64,000 bases of DNA from Peptococcaceae bacterium UBA5356 (GTDB lineage Bacteria > Bacillota > Peptococcia > DRI-13 > DTU073): positions 9,430 through 73,429 of the forward strand of contig DHPU01000008.1 in NCBI GenBank assembly GCA_002407935.1, given 5' to 3'. The position numbers and the translations under genes are program-made. The notes under the pieces are model-generated. The model saw nothing but the letters and a program-made list of their open reading frames with translations. It had not been told where the DNA came from and did not search any database. This document shows positions 8,861 through 19,598 of this stretch, in pieces (the first letter of the stretch is position 1; each line of letters begins with the position of its first letter).

Positions 8861-11290
8861 ATGGAACGACCACTTTTAACGGGGAGTCTTTTTTTTATGG
8901 CAGGAATTTTACTGGCCCGCTTTTTTACGACCGGGATAACGCTTTGGCTGGTGCTGGCCGGGGCGTCTTTTTTTGTTGTTTTGGTTTGCCTTTTTCTGCA
9001 AAGAGAGAAGAAAAATGAACTTAGCAAGGGAAATACAGATGAAGGCAAAGAAAAGGCAGATAAAGACCAGAAGAATTCGCAAGAAAAGAGCATACAGCAA
9101 GCAGTTGCTTTTTTTCTGGTGCTTTGTTTAACCTTATCAGGAGCTTTTTGGTATAGCTTGAGTAGGTGTCCAGAGGGGCTGGCTCAGGAAGATGTAGGAA
9201 AAATAGTGACAGGGGTAGGAACGGTTGCTTCTTACCCGCGGGAAAATGAATATGGTATATCGTGTTTGCTTACGGTGGAAAAAATAGCAGCAACAAAAGA
9301 TTCCGGCAAGACAACTTTCAAGACGCAAAAGGTGCTGTTAAAAAACCGAAAAGACCCAGCATTAGTTCTTTCGCCAGGGGATAGGATTGTTTTCCGGGGA
9401 GAAATCACTCAACTCTCGGAACCCCGCAATCCGGGACAATTTGACTATGGGGAATATTTGGCTAATCAGGGCATTTTCCGGATTATTAATTGTCAAAAAG
9501 GGGAACTGCGAATTGCCGAAAAAGGGGAGGGAATCAGAGCACTGGCGGCGGAGGGAAGGAAGCAGGTTGTTCAGTGCTTAAATGGGCTCTTGCCTCAACG
9601 GGAGAAAGGGCTTATTTTAGGAATTCTGTTCGGAGATACGACTCTGATTGAGGAAGAAGAATGGGATGCTTATAAGCGAGCCGGTGTAGTACATTTATTT
9701 GCTGTTTCGGGGCTTCACGTAGGGATAGTACTAGGGCTAATTTGGTTTTCACTTTCCTTTTTTCAGCCACGGCCTTTGCTGCGTTTGCTTATTGGGACTG
9801 GGGTAATTGTGGGATATGGTTTTATGGTGGGGTGGAGTTCCTCCATTTTAAGAGCTTCGTTGATGGCTGTGTTAGGATTATTGGCTTTGACAGTAGGCCG
9901 AAAAAATGATTTGTACAATTCTTTGGGAGCGGCCGCCTGGATTATTTTATTGTTTTCTCCGGGAGAATTGTTTCAGGCGGGATTTCAATTTTCTTTTTTA
10001 ACTACAGCCGGTCTAATTTATTTAACGCCTTGGTTAGAGAAAAAAGGGTGTGGAAAATTACTTTCGCCGGCTTTGGCGGCCCAGCTGGTCAGTACTCCTC
10101 TTACGGCTTATCATTTTAATCAAATTTCCTTGATTGCTCCTTTTGTCAATATTTTAGCCATTATGGTAAGTAGTTTGGCAGCTGTACTTTCTTTTGCGGG
10201 TGCTTTTTTGACTTGGTTCTTACCCTGGTTGGCGACACCGTTCTTTTTGGCAGCCGGTTTTATCATGTTCTGTTTGAGTAAGTTAATTGTTTGGTGTGCG
10301 GACTTAAAGTGGGCAAGTATTGTGGTGGCAAGCCCTTCACCTTTGTTGCTTATTTGTGTTTATTTAGGCCTCCTAGTTTTACCGGTTTTTGCTCGTTACC
10401 GTTACATTCTGAGAGAGGTTCCCTCAAAATTGAAAGCGGCTTTGGTTTGCTTTTTTGTTGTGGTATTTCTGTTTGCTTGCTGGCCTGTGCAGAAAGGCTT
10501 AGAGGTAGTTTTTTTGGATGTTGGTCAGGGAGATTGCATTTTCATTAGGACGCCTGGGGGCAAAACAGTTCTGATAGATGGAGGAGGAACCCCTGGCTCC
10601 TCTTATTCGATAGGCAGAACAATACTCAGGCCTTTTCTTTATCATTATGGGGTGAATAAAATTGATGTAATGATCATGTCGCATAATCATGTCGATCATA
10701 GTGAAGGCTTACTGGAGATCTTGCCTTATTTTAAGGTAGGTGCTTTTATGATGCCTCCCGGTGAGGAAAATAATGAAATGGAACAAGAGCTTCGGAGGAT
10801 TTGCCTCGAAAAGAAGGTTCCTGTGCAAGAATTAACGGCTGGTCAAAGAATTACAGTGGAGCGCGATGTTTTGCTGGAAGTGTTTCATCCCGACCAAGAG
10901 GTACATTTTATAGGAAATAACCGCTCCTTGGTTTTAAAATTAAATTATCAAGAGAGCAGTTGGCTTTTTACCGGTGATGCGGAAAAGGAGGTTTTAGAGA
11001 AGTTATTGGAGAATGGGGCAAAGTTGCACGCTGATCTTTTAAAGATACCACATCATGGCAGCAGGACATCCTTTGTCCCCGCTTTTTATCAAAAAGTACA
11101 GCCTGGTGCAGTAGTTTTTTCTGTGGGCGAAAACAGGTTTGGTCAGCCTCACCCAGAAGTGCCTGATTATTTTATGCAGAGGGGAATTTCGGTATATCTA
11201 ACGAAGGAAAGCGGAGCGGTGTTTACCCAAAGTAACGGGCAGAAAATTCTGCTTAAAACCTATCTGCCGACTAAAGGGAATAAAAGGTAA
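8861..11290 (+). CDS. comEC: DNA internalization channel ComEC/Rec2 with C-terminal metallo-beta-lactamase domain
   Basis: Polytopic membrane core followed by an MBL motif (MSHNHVDHSEG ... HHGS); 809 aa; comEA-comEC-holA synteny. Confidence 0.95.
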   Translation: MERPLLTGSLFFMAGILLARFFTTGITLWLVLAGASFFVVLVCLFLQREKKNELSKGNTDEGKEKADKDQKNSQEKSIQQAVAFFLVLCLTLSGAFWYSLSRCPEGLAQEDVGKIVTGVGTVASYPRENEYGISCLLTVEKIAATKDSGKTTFKTQKVLLKNRKDPALVLSPGDRIVFRGEITQLSEPRNPGQFDYGEYLANQGIFRIINCQKGELRIAEKGEGIRALAAEGRKQVVQCLNGLLPQREKGLILGILFGDTTLIEEEEWDAYKRAGVVHLFAVSGLHVGIVLGLIWFSLSFFQPRPLLRLLIGTGVIVGYGFMVGWSSSILRASLMAVLGLLALTVGRKNDLYNSLGAAAWIILLFSPGELFQAGFQFSFLTTAGLIYLTPWLEKKGCGKLLSPALAAQLVSTPLTAYHFNQISLIAPFVNILAIMVSSLAAVLSFAGAFLTWFLPWLATPFFLAAGFIMFCLSKLIVWCADLKWASIVVASPSPLLLICVYLGLLVLPVFARYRYILREVPSKLKAALVCFFVVVFLFACWPVQKGLEVVFLDVGQGDCIFIRTPGGKTVLIDGGGTPGSSYSIGRTILRPFLYHYGVNKIDVMIMSHNHVDHSEGLLEILPYFKVGAFMMPPGEENNEMEQELRRICLEKKVPVQELTAGQRITVERDVLLEVFHPDQEVHFIGNNRSLVLKLNYQESSWLFTGDAEKEVLEKLLENGAKLHADLLKIPHHGSRTSFVPAFYQKVQPGAVVFSVGENRFGQPHPEVPDYFMQRGISVYLTKESGAVFTQSNGQKILLKTYLPTKGNKR

Positions 11291-11322
11291 AAATAGATTG
11301 CGTGAGAAAGGATGTTTTTTTA

Positions 11323-11331
11323 TGCTATAAT
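11323..11331 (+). promoter_or_regulatory. Possible extended -10 promoter element (TGcTATAAT)
   Basis: tgctataat lies 65 nt upstream of the carboxypeptidase start. No clear -35 element. Confidence 0.3.
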
Positions 11332-11395
11332 AGGAACATCTAAAGGAAGTAGGAAATTTATCTTATTGTTAAAGACGAGATAGGGTGATATACAG

Positions 11396-12601
11396 TTGCT
11401 TAGAAAACATGGGTTGCTCCTTTTCAGCTTTTTATGGTTTTTTTGTGCGGTTCAGCCGTCTTATGCACAGCCTCAAATTAATGGACAAGGAGCTGTGCTT
11501 CTTGATGTGGAAAGTGGGCAGGTTCTTTTTACTAAAGAGAAGGATAAAAAGCTTCCGCCTGCCAGTATTACGAAGATACTTACCGCCATTATGGCGATTG
11601 AAAGTGGAAAAATGGAGGAAATAGTAACGATAGGGCCTAATCCCCGAAAGCTAGAGGGAACCAGTGTCTACTTAGAGGAAGGGGAAAAGGTAAAGCTGCG
11701 TGAGTTGGTTAAGGCGGCGCTGGTTTATTCGGCTAATGATGCGGCTTTGGCTATTGGTGAATATTTGGGAGGAACAGAGGAGAAATTTGTCAAGACAATG
11801 AATGAGCGAGCACGGGAAATGGGTGCTCAGAATAGTAATTTCGTTAATTCGCATGGACTTTCCGTAGAAAATCATTATACTACTGCTTATGATATGGCTT
11901 TGATTGCTCGTTACGCGATGCAAAATGAGATATTCCGTGAAATAGTCAAAATTAAAGTACAGGATTGGCAGGGAAAGGCTTGGCAGACAAGGTTAATTAA
12001 TAAAAATCAACTACTTTGGTCCTATGAAGGAGCTACAGGAATAAAAACCGGATATACGACAGAGGCCAAATGTACAATAGTGGCTTCGGCTACTCGGGGC
12101 ACACAATCATTTTTGGCTGTGGTGCTGGGTAGTCAAGGAAAGACTACTTGGACAGATGCTCAGAGCTTATTGGATTATGGTTTTAGTAATTTTCACACGG
12201 TGCAGTTGGCTAATGCGGAAGAGATTGCCGCCACGGTGAATCTTAGTGCGGGGAAGAAGTTATTATTGCAGCCGGAACAAGAATTGAGGATTTCTGTACC
12301 TAACGAAGGAAAGAAAAAAGTGGAGTTCCGCATGTTGCTTGAACCTTTGGGGAAAAAGGTGGAGAAGGGACAGGTCATGGGGAAGATGTTTTATTATGTG
12401 GATGGTGAGCAGGCGGGGGCTGTTGATTTAGTAGCACAAAGTTTCTTAACAATCTCTTCCTGGCGGGTTTTTGATTATTTGATTTATGTGGCGGCGGGTC
12501 TATATTTTTGCCAGATTTTATGGCGAATATATCAGCGGTATGGACGACGGAAAAGGAATATTTTTGCTGGGCGTTCATCACGTATATATTATCGAGATTA
12601 G
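11396..12601 (+). CDS. D-alanyl-D-alanine carboxypeptidase (S11 penicillin-binding protein, DacB/DacF-like)
   Basis: SxxK (SITKIL), SxN (YSANDAA) and KTG (IKTGYT) motifs; signal peptide; C-terminal membrane anchor; TTG start. Confidence 0.9.
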   Translation: MLRKHGLLLFSFLWFFCAVQPSYAQPQINGQGAVLLDVESGQVLFTKEKDKKLPPASITKILTAIMAIESGKMEEIVTIGPNPRKLEGTSVYLEEGEKVKLRELVKAALVYSANDAALAIGEYLGGTEEKFVKTMNERAREMGAQNSNFVNSHGLSVENHYTTAYDMALIARYAMQNEIFREIVKIKVQDWQGKAWQTRLINKNQLLWSYEGATGIKTGYTTEAKCTIVASATRGTQSFLAVVLGSQGKTTWTDAQSLLDYGFSNFHTVQLANAEEIAATVNLSAGKKLLLQPEQELRISVPNEGKKKVEFRMLLEPLGKKVEKGQVMGKMFYYVDGEQAGAVDLVAQSFLTISSWRVFDYLIYVAAGLYFCQILWRIYQRYGRRKRNIFAGRSSRIYYRD

Positions 12602-12620
12602 AAAAACAGGGGGGATTTTG

Positions 12621-13727
12621 GTGCAGTACCAGAGTATTTTAAATAGTATCAAACGTGAGGTAATTTCCCCTGTATATTTGCTTTATGGAGAAGAAGAGTA
12701 TTTACAGGAATTAGTTGTTAAGGCTTTGAAGGAAACAGTTCTTTCCTCTGAAACAGGTTCTTTTAACTTGGATGAATTAGAGGGAGGAAAGGTAAGCTTA
12801 AGTTCTTTGGTAGATATGGCCAATACTTTACCTGTTTTTGCTGAAAAGAGATTGGTTATTGTTAAAGATGCTGCTTATTTTCGGTCACGTGGCAGTAAGG
12901 AGGAAAACAAGGAAGGTAGCGAGGCAGAAAACAAAGAAGGCTCTACTGAAGGTAGTAAGCAGACGGAAATAGAGGGAAAAGGGTTAGTTTCAGGAGAAGA
13001 AAAATGTTTACTGAAATATTTAGAGGATCCGCTTCTTTCAACTTGCCTGGTTTTTTGGCAGAAGGGTACGGTGGATAAGCGCCGCAAAATTTATAAGGCC
13101 ATAGCTGCAACCGGACAGGTGTTGGAAATAGGGCCTTTAAGGGGGCGGGATCTAAGTGATTGGTTAGCAGCGGAAGCCAAGAAAATGGGGAAGAGGATGG
13201 AGCGGCAAGCGCTGGAATATATGCTGATTAATTGTGGCAATCAGTTACGGAATTTACACAGCGAGCTGGAAAAATTGGCCCTTTATAGTGGTGAAGAACA
13301 GACAATTACGTTAGATATGATGCAAAAGTTAGTTACCAGATCCAGTGAAGGCAATATTTTTAATTTGGTGGATGGGATAGGCTTAGGAAAAGGAGAGGAA
13401 GCCTTGCTGGAATTAAAAAATCTACTGATCAATGGTGAGCCTCCGGTGAAGATTTTACATATGATTGCACGTCAGTTTCGGCTTCTCTTGCTGGTAAAGG
13501 AAGCGGCGCAAAAGGGATGGCCGGAAAAGAAAATTTCGGCGGAGCTTTCCCTGCATCCTTTTGTGACCGGCAAAATTTTACGGCAAGCACGTAATTTTTC
13601 TTTTGCCCAATTAGAGAAAAGCTTGCAGTTAATTCTGCAAAGTGATTTGGGGATTAAGACCGGATTAAAGCCTGATCTGACCTTAGAAACTTTAATAATT
13701 AAACTGACTTCGACAGCGAGTTTTTAA
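12621..13727 (+). CDS. holA: DNA polymerase III delta subunit
   Basis: N-terminus ...PVYLLYGEEEYL is typical of HolA. GTG at 12621 with RBS aggggg; the 12486 start in the ORF track would overlap the previous gene. Conserved comEC-holA-rpsT context. Confidence 0.9.
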   Translation: MQYQSILNSIKREVISPVYLLYGEEEYLQELVVKALKETVLSSETGSFNLDELEGGKVSLSSLVDMANTLPVFAEKRLVIVKDAAYFRSRGSKEENKEGSEAENKEGSTEGSKQTEIEGKGLVSGEEKCLLKYLEDPLLSTCLVFWQKGTVDKRRKIYKAIAATGQVLEIGPLRGRDLSDWLAAEAKKMGKRMERQALEYMLINCGNQLRNLHSELEKLALYSGEEQTITLDMMQKLVTRSSEGNIFNLVDGIGLGKGEEALLELKNLLINGEPPVKILHMIARQFRLLLLVKEAAQKGWPEKKISAELSLHPFVTGKILRQARNFSFAQLEKSLQLILQSDLGIKTGLKPDLTLETLIIKLTSTASF

Positions 13728-13765
13728 AGGTTGGTCGCGAGAGGGATAAATTGTTCGTGATACGC

Positions 13766-13812
13766 AAAGCCCCTGGTAGGTACCAACAGGCACCTACCAG
13801 GGGCTTACTTTA
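13766..13812. terminator. Bidirectional rho-independent terminator between convergent holA and rpsT
   Basis: Perfect 13-bp stem gcccctggtaggt / acctaccaggggc (13769-13781 / 13792-13804) with A/T runs on both sides. Confidence 0.8.
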
Positions 13813-13839
13813 TTGTGTGAAAACTTATTCCTTATACAA

Positions 13840-14106
13840 TTAACTAGCCACTTTATTTAGCTTGCGTGTTAAACGAGATTTTTTACGGGCAGCTGTATTC
13901 TGATGAAGAACACCTTTGTCAGCAAGCTTATCAATAATACGGGTTACTTTTTGCAGCTGTTCTTTTGCCATTTCGATTTGACCAGCCTGCAGGGCTGTTT
14001 CAAAATGACGAATAGCAGTCTTGATCATTGATTTATAGGCAGCATTCTTAGTTGTGCGAATGCGGGCTATGCTTGCTCTTTTTAAGGCTGATTTAATGTT
14101 TGCCAA
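13840..14106 (-). CDS. rpsT: 30S ribosomal protein S20
   Basis: (M)ANIKSALKRA... N-terminus from a TTG start at 14106, preceded by GGAGGTGA. The longer ORF start in the track (14136) has no RBS. Confidence 0.95.
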   Translation of the reverse strand: MANIKSALKRASIARIRTTKNAAYKSMIKTAIRHFETALQAGQIEMAKEQLQKVTRIIDKLADKGVLHQNTAARKKSRLTRKLNKVAS

Positions 14107-14313
14107 TGTTAAGCTCACCTCCCTCAGGTGTTTCATTGATGATCGATCAAATCAGATCAAACCAAACAAAGAATTCACCATTAAATTGTATCATTGATAT
14201 TTAGAAAAGGCAAGGAAAGATTTGTACTTTCAATTTGAGTTTCAATTTGAGGGCTTTTGTATAAAACTTGTTAAAGAGGTTAAGATTATAGATAAAGAAA
14301 AGGAGGTGAGATA

Positions 14314-14643
14314 TTGCTAGGTACTATTGTTCGTTTTCTTATTTCTGCTCTTGTTTTATTAGTAGTTAGTTGGCTTATCCCAGGTTTATCGGTAGCTGGA
14401 TTTACAGGTGCTATTATTGCTGCTGTGGTAATTACTTTTTTGGGATGGGTGGTTGAAAAGTTACTGGGAAAAAGTATTACGCCCCGTTCTCGTGGCCTAG
14501 TTGGATTTATTAGTGCAGCTGTAGTAATCTATTTGGCTCAGTATATTGTTCCAGGCAGTATTAGGGTGAATATCCTTGGAGCTTTACTGGCTTCCTTGGT
14601 GATAGGCTTAGTTGATGCTTTTGTGCCGACAGAAATCAGGTAA
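14314..14643 (+). CDS. Small 4-TM membrane protein, Phage_holin_4_2 (DUF360/YvlD-like) family
   Basis: 109 aa, four hydrophobic helices; the N-terminus ...VRFLISALVLLVVSWLIPGLSV.GF..AIIAAVVI resembles DUF360 proteins. Strong RBS aaggaggtga, TTG start. Confidence 0.55.
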   Translation: MLGTIVRFLISALVLLVVSWLIPGLSVAGFTGAIIAAVVITFLGWVVEKLLGKSITPRSRGLVGFISAAVVIYLAQYIVPGSIRVNILGALLASLVIGLVDAFVPTEIR

Positions 14644-14711
14644 GATAGTAAAAAAATAGAGATAGTTCTAGCAATACTCCCCGTCACATATAGATTAGAT
14701 TATGGGAAAGG

Positions 14712-15770
14712 ATGGGGAGTATGTTTTTTAAGCTTTATTATTTAAATATTAATAAAGCCCTGTTTTTTTTCGGTATGATGGTTCTTTTGCTTGCTTTGCT
14801 GGTGTTTCCTTTTAGAAAGAGCTGTTTACAGGTAGCATTTACTCTTGCGGGAGGCCTTGCCGAGGATCCGGTGCTGATTTTAGACGAAGGATTATCAGGG
14901 CTTGCTTTTTCAGAAGATGGGCGGGGAACTCTTTTTACTCAAGCGATGAGGACATTGACGGGAGTCGATACCAGAGATGCTTTTTCTCTGCTTTGTACAG
15001 AGCTTAATCTAGTACCCACACAGGCTGTGACGGGTTATTTTGCTTATGCAGAGCTAGCGGTAGAGGAGGAAGAAGGCGGAGAAGAGGATTTTTATTTACC
15101 GGGGACTGAGGAGGATTTGGGACAATGGATTATTATCCCTGAAGATGAATTTCCACCGGTACAGTTAAACGGGGAACCCATGGTGCTTATTTATAATACG
15201 CATAATGCTGAATCATATAAACCTACGCAGGGGGTCTCGCGTTTGGAGGGAAAAAACGGGGGAATCGCGACGGTGAGCAAAATGTTTTCTAAAGCATTAG
15301 AAAGTAAGTATGCCATCAAAACAATTTATAGTGAGGTAATTCATGATTTCCCTGATTTTACGAAGTCTTATCTTAATTCGATGCAAACGGTCAAGAAGTT
15401 TTTAAAAGAATATCCGAAAATACAGGTAGTTTTGGACATTCATCGTGATGCCGGGTTAAAGTCAAGGAGCGATACCTTGGTGAAAATAAAGGGGAAAGAT
15501 TATGCCAAAGTGATGATTGTGATTGGGACAGAACACGAGCGTTGGAAACAAAATTTAGCCTTTGCCCGGAAAATTGAAAAGAAGGCCAATGAGCTGTATC
15601 CGGGTTTGATTAAATGTGTAAGGCTGTTTAAGGATAGGAGGTATAATCAGAATTTGCATACGCGGAGTTTGCTGCTGGAAATAGGCAGCAATTTAAATAA
15701 GGAAGAAGAGGCTTTGGAATCGGCTAAACTGTTGGCCGAGGTAATTGCCGGTGTTTTGAAAAATGAATGA
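14712..15770 (+). CDS. spoIIP: Stage II sporulation protein P (SpoIIP, engulfment amidase/endopeptidase)
   Basis: LIYNTHNAESY ... VLDIHRDA ... MIVIG signature of SpoIIP; N-terminal TM segment; position between rpsT and lepA as in Bacilli/Clostridia. Confidence 0.85.
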   Translation: MGSMFFKLYYLNINKALFFFGMMVLLLALLVFPFRKSCLQVAFTLAGGLAEDPVLILDEGLSGLAFSEDGRGTLFTQAMRTLTGVDTRDAFSLLCTELNLVPTQAVTGYFAYAELAVEEEEGGEEDFYLPGTEEDLGQWIIIPEDEFPPVQLNGEPMVLIYNTHNAESYKPTQGVSRLEGKNGGIATVSKMFSKALESKYAIKTIYSEVIHDFPDFTKSYLNSMQTVKKFLKEYPKIQVVLDIHRDAGLKSRSDTLVKIKGKDYAKVMIVIGTEHERWKQNLAFARKIEKKANELYPGLIKCVRLFKDRRYNQNLHTRSLLLEIGSNLNKEEEALESAKLLAEVIAGVLKNE

Positions 15771-15788
15771 TTATAGGGTGAAGTTGGG

Positions 15789-15998
15789 ATGATTTCGTAT
15801 CGAAAACAGATGCTGCTAGGGACTTTTTTGTTAGTTTTGATGATTTGCCTGGGGCTATTGGTGATTTCGCTGAATATGGAAAAGAACATTAATAATGTAG
15901 CTATCACGGAGGGGATCAAGGCTAGATTAGTACAGGGTATTAATTATGTGGGAGGAGCTGTAGATTATTTGCAGGGATTATGGGAAGGAAGGGAATGA
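15789..15998 (+). CDS. Small hypothetical membrane protein (positional equivalent of yqxA)
   Basis: 69-aa ORF with one TM helix immediately after spoIIP. No recognisable motif. Confidence 0.35.
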   Translation: MISYRKQMLLGTFLLVLMICLGLLVISLNMEKNINNVAITEGIKARLVQGINYVGGAVDYLQGLWEGRE

Positions 15999-16091
15999 AT
16001 GCAAGGAAAGAATAGACAAGAGACGGCACATCCGATAAAATGTTGTCACGTAGGAATATTATAAGGTAAGGGAATTTAGAGAAGGTGTACG

Positions 16092-17672
16092 ATGATGTCG
16101 TCGACAGGTACCAAGGTAGCTAAAGCGGCGGGTATTATTATGGTGGCGATGGTTCTTTCACGAATTCTTGGTTATGTGAGAGATGTGGTTATTTATACTA
16201 ATTTCGGGCAAAACAATTTGACCGATGCGTATAATGCTGCTTTTTCCATTCCGGATTTTTTATATTATTTGCTAATAGGTGGGGCTTTGAGCTCGGCCTT
16301 TATTCCTGTTTTTTCTGGTTATATTGCCACGAATAAGGAGGAGGATGGTTGGCGGGTTGCCAGTACGATTTTTAATATTGTAATCATTCTGATGTTGGTT
16401 GGAATTATGCTGGGAATGATTTTTGCACCTGCGTTGATCCGTATTTTGGTACCCGGTTTTAGTCCGGAGAATATGGCTCTTACTGTAAAAATGACGAGGA
16501 TTATGTTTTTACAGACTTTTTTCATGGCTTTAAATGGGATTTCTATGGGGATTCTTCACTCCTATCAGCGTTTTCTGGCACCGGCGGCTGGGGCTGTGTT
16601 GTATAATTTGGGGATTATCTTGGTGGGAGTATTTTTATTACCGTATTTAGGGCCTGAGTTAGGAATAATCGGCTTTGCGATTGGGGTAGTGGTGGGTGCA
16701 GTTTTGAATTTTGCCGTACAATTACCTGCTTTATTGAAGATTGGTTTGCGGTATCAATTTATTTTTGATTTAAAACACCCTGGAGTGAGAAAAATTGGCG
16801 CTTTAATTTTACCGGTTTTAATTGGTTTGTCTGTAACTCAGTTTAATCTTTTTGTAAATCAGAATTTGGGCTCCAGCTTGCCTAGCGGGATGCTTTCTGC
16901 CTTGCGGGCTGCTCAGCGGATTATGCAGCTACCCATTGGAGTCTTTGCCGTGGCCATTGCCGTAGCAGTTTTCCCGACTTTGACAGGACATGCTGCCCGT
17001 CAGGAAAGGGAGCAATTCAAAAAGACGATGTCCCTAGGCATACGGACAATCTTTTTCATCACGATTCCGGCTGCGATGGGGTTGGTCGCGCTGAAAACCC
17101 CTATTGTGAGGATGCTCTTTCAGCAGGGGCAATTTACACCCGGGGATACGAGCACTACTGCTTATGCCCTTCTTTTTTATTGCCTGGGCCTTTTTGCTTA
17201 CTCGGCCTTGCAGTTGTTGAACAGGGTTTTTTATGCCTTGCAGGATACATTGACCCCTGTAGCAGTGGGCGCATTTACGATTCTCGTAAACATTGCTTTG
17301 AACTTTTTACTGATTAAACCACTGGGGCATGGTGGGCTTGCTTTAGCGTATTCTTTAGCCGGAATTATCAATATGTTTCTTTTACTATTTATTTTCCGCT
17401 CTAAGGTTGGTTCCATTGATGGTCGGAAAATCCTTCAGTCTTTTGTGGTTACGGTAGGCATCTCTTTGCTGATGGGGTTGGCTGCCTATCAAACGTCAGA
17501 ATTAATGGCTATGGTGGTGGATATAGGGACAAAAACAGGGCAGTTGTTGCAGGTGGGGAGTAGTATTGCGGTAGGTGTTTTAGTGTTTGGTTTTTTAACG
17601 GTTTTTTTGAAAATGGAGGAAGGAGAACTGGCTAAGAATATTCTTTTACGCCGTTTCAGCAAAAAACGGTAA
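16092..17672 (+). CDS. murJ: Lipid II flippase MurJ (MviN)
   Basis: 526 aa, ~14 TM helices. N-terminus AAGIIMVAMVLSRILGYVRDVVI and the motifs NAAFSIPDFLY and ALRAAQRIMQLPIGVF are typical of MurJ. Confidence 0.9.
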   Translation: MMSSTGTKVAKAAGIIMVAMVLSRILGYVRDVVIYTNFGQNNLTDAYNAAFSIPDFLYYLLIGGALSSAFIPVFSGYIATNKEEDGWRVASTIFNIVIILMLVGIMLGMIFAPALIRILVPGFSPENMALTVKMTRIMFLQTFFMALNGISMGILHSYQRFLAPAAGAVLYNLGIILVGVFLLPYLGPELGIIGFAIGVVVGAVLNFAVQLPALLKIGLRYQFIFDLKHPGVRKIGALILPVLIGLSVTQFNLFVNQNLGSSLPSGMLSALRAAQRIMQLPIGVFAVAIAVAVFPTLTGHAARQEREQFKKTMSLGIRTIFFITIPAAMGLVALKTPIVRMLFQQGQFTPGDTSTTAYALLFYCLGLFAYSALQLLNRVFYALQDTLTPVAVGAFTILVNIALNFLLIKPLGHGGLALAYSLAGIINMFLLLFIFRSKVGSIDGRKILQSFVVTVGISLLMGLAAYQTSELMAMVVDIGTKTGQLLQVGSSIAVGVLVFGFLTVFLKMEEGELAKNILLRRFSKKR

Positions 17673-17795
17673 TTCTTGCTGGTGAAACTCTTTTCCGTTA
17701 TACTTAAGGAAGTTACTTTTATACTTATTAAAAAAGTTACATTCGCACAGACAGAAGAACCGTTATCCTGTCTGTATTGAGGAGGAAAGAAGATA

Positions 17796-19598
17796 TTGGA
17801 TCAGAAATATATCCGTAATTTTTGCATTATTGCTCATATCGATCATGGTAAATCAACGCTGGCCGATCGGCTGTTGGAAGCTACCGGGTCACTTACGGCC
17901 CGGGAGATGACAGAGCAGGTTTTAGATAAAATGGATTTAGAACGGGAAAGAGGTATTACGATTAAACTGAAAGCTGTGCGTATGAATTATGCGGCAGAGG
18001 ATGGGCAGGAATATGTGCTTAATCTGATTGATACCCCCGGTCATGTAGACTTCACCTATGAGGTTTCCCGAAGTCTGGCGGCTTGTGAAGGCGCAATTTT
18101 GGTGGTTGATGCGGCTCAAGGGATTGAGGCACAGACACTGGCTAATGTCTATATGGCTTTGGAGCATGATTTGGAGATTATTCCGGTCATTAATAAAATT
18201 GATTTGCCTGGGGCTGAACCGGAACGTGTGAAGCAGGAAATTGAGGATGTGATTGGGTTAGACTGTAGTGAGGCTATTTTAGCTTCGGCCAAGGAAGGAA
18301 TCGGCATTAAGGAGATTTTGGAAGCTATTGTACAGAAAATCCCGGCCCCACGCGGTAATTATGCGGCGCCGTTGCAAGCCTTAATTTTTGATTCTCATTT
18401 TGATTCTTATAAAGGAGCGATCTCTTATCTCAGGGTAATTAACGGTTCATTGAAAAAAGGGGCCACTATTCAAATGATGTCTACCGGAAAAACCTTTGAG
18501 GTAACAGAAGTGGGTGCTTTTAAGCCGGAGATGAATAGTGTGGAGGAGCTTCCGGCAGGAATGGTCGGTTATCTGGCGGCTAGTATCAAAAATGTTAAGG
18601 ATACGCGGGTGGGGGATACGGTAACCTTAGCCGAGCATCCGGCCAGTGAGCCGCTTCCCGGTTACCGGAAGGCTACGCCGATGGTTTATTGCGGACTTTA
18701 CCCGATTGATACCAGTGATTATGAGAATTTGCGGGATGCGCTGGAAAAATTGAAACTTAATGATGCTTCGCTGGAATATGAGCCGGAAACCTCTGTGGCG
18801 TTAGGGTTCGGTTTTCGTTGCGGTTTTTTGGGGCTGTTGCATATGGAGATTATTCAGGAACGTTTGGAGCGGGAATATAACTTGGATATTTTGACTACCG
18901 CACCCAGTGTAGTCTATCAAGTATTAAAGACGAACCGGGAAACAATTACGGTGGACAACCCTACTAAGCTTCCTCCGCTTCAAGAAATAGAAGAGATTTC
19001 CGAACCTTATGTGCGGGCCACAATTATGGTTCCTACTGATTATGTGGGGCCTGTGATGGAGTTGTCTCAGGAGAAAAGGGGCAACTTTGTGACAATGGAC
19101 TATCTTTCGACGAGTCGGGTAATGTTGAAGTATGAGTTGCCTTTAAGTGAGATTATCTATGATTTTTTTGATCAATTAAAATCGCGCACCAGAGGATATG
19201 CGTCCTTGGATTATGAGTTGGTTGATTATCAGGTTTCGGACTTAATTAAATTGGATGTGCTCATTAATAATGAAATTGTCGATGCGTTATCTTTTATTGT
19301 GCACCGGGAGCGGGTCTATATCAGGGGAAGAGCCTTGGTGGAAAAATTACGTGGTTTGATCCCTCGTCAGATGTTTGAGGTACCTATTCAGGCGGCCATT
19401 GGTAATAAGGTGATTGCCCGTGAATCGGTGAAAGCACTGCGCAAAAATGTGATAGATAAATGCTACGGAGGAGATATTTCTAGAAAGCGCAAGCTGCTCG
19501 AAAAACAAAAAGAAGGAAAAAAACGGATGAAGCAGGTGGGTAACGTAGAAATTCCCCAGGAGGCTTTTATGGCCGTTTTAAGTTTGGAAGACGATTAG
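17796..19598 (+). CDS. lepA: Elongation factor 4 (LepA)
   Basis: [30 protein letters not shown] and NKIDL GTPase motifs plus the LepA-specific C-terminus; TTG start after GAGGAGG. Confidence 0.98.
   Translation: MDQKYIRNFCIIAHIDHGKSTLADRLLEATGSLTAREMTEQVLDKMDLERERGITIKLKAVRMNYAAEDGQEYVLNLIDTPGHVDFTYEVSRSLAACEGAILVVDAAQGIEAQTLANVYMALEHDLEIIPVINKIDLPGAEPERVKQEIEDVIGLDCSEAILASAKEGIGIKEILEAIVQKIPAPRGNYAAPLQALIFDSHFDSYKGAISYLRVINGSLKKGATIQMMSTGKTFEVTEVGAFKPEMNSVEELPAGMVGYLAASIKNVKDTRVGDTVTLAEHPASEPLPGYRKATPMVYCGLYPIDTSDYENLRDALEKLKLNDASLEYEPETSVALGFGFRCGFLGLLHMEIIQERLEREYNLDILTTAPSVVYQVLKTNRETITVDNPTKLPPLQEIEEISEPYVRATIMVPTDYVGPVMELSQEKRGNFVTMDYLSTSRVMLKYELPLSEIIYDFFDQLKSRTRGYASLDYELVDYQVSDLIKLDVLINNEIVDALSFIVHRERVYIRGRALVEKLRGLIPRQMFEVPIQAAIGNKVIARESVKALRKNVIDKCYGGDISRKRKLLEKQKEGKKRMKQVGNVEIPQEAFMAVLSLEDD

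Noticed and set aside
8815-9100. Minus-strand ORFs (92 and 63 aa) across the comEA/comEC junction
   Set aside because: They are antisense to the membrane-protein coding sequence. Their Lys/Phe-rich translations reflect A/T-rich antisense codons.
11385-11624. 79-aa + strand ORF overlapping the start of the carboxypeptidase gene
   Set aside because: It is an alternative frame of a gene with clear SxxK/SxN/KTG motifs, and its product is low-complexity.
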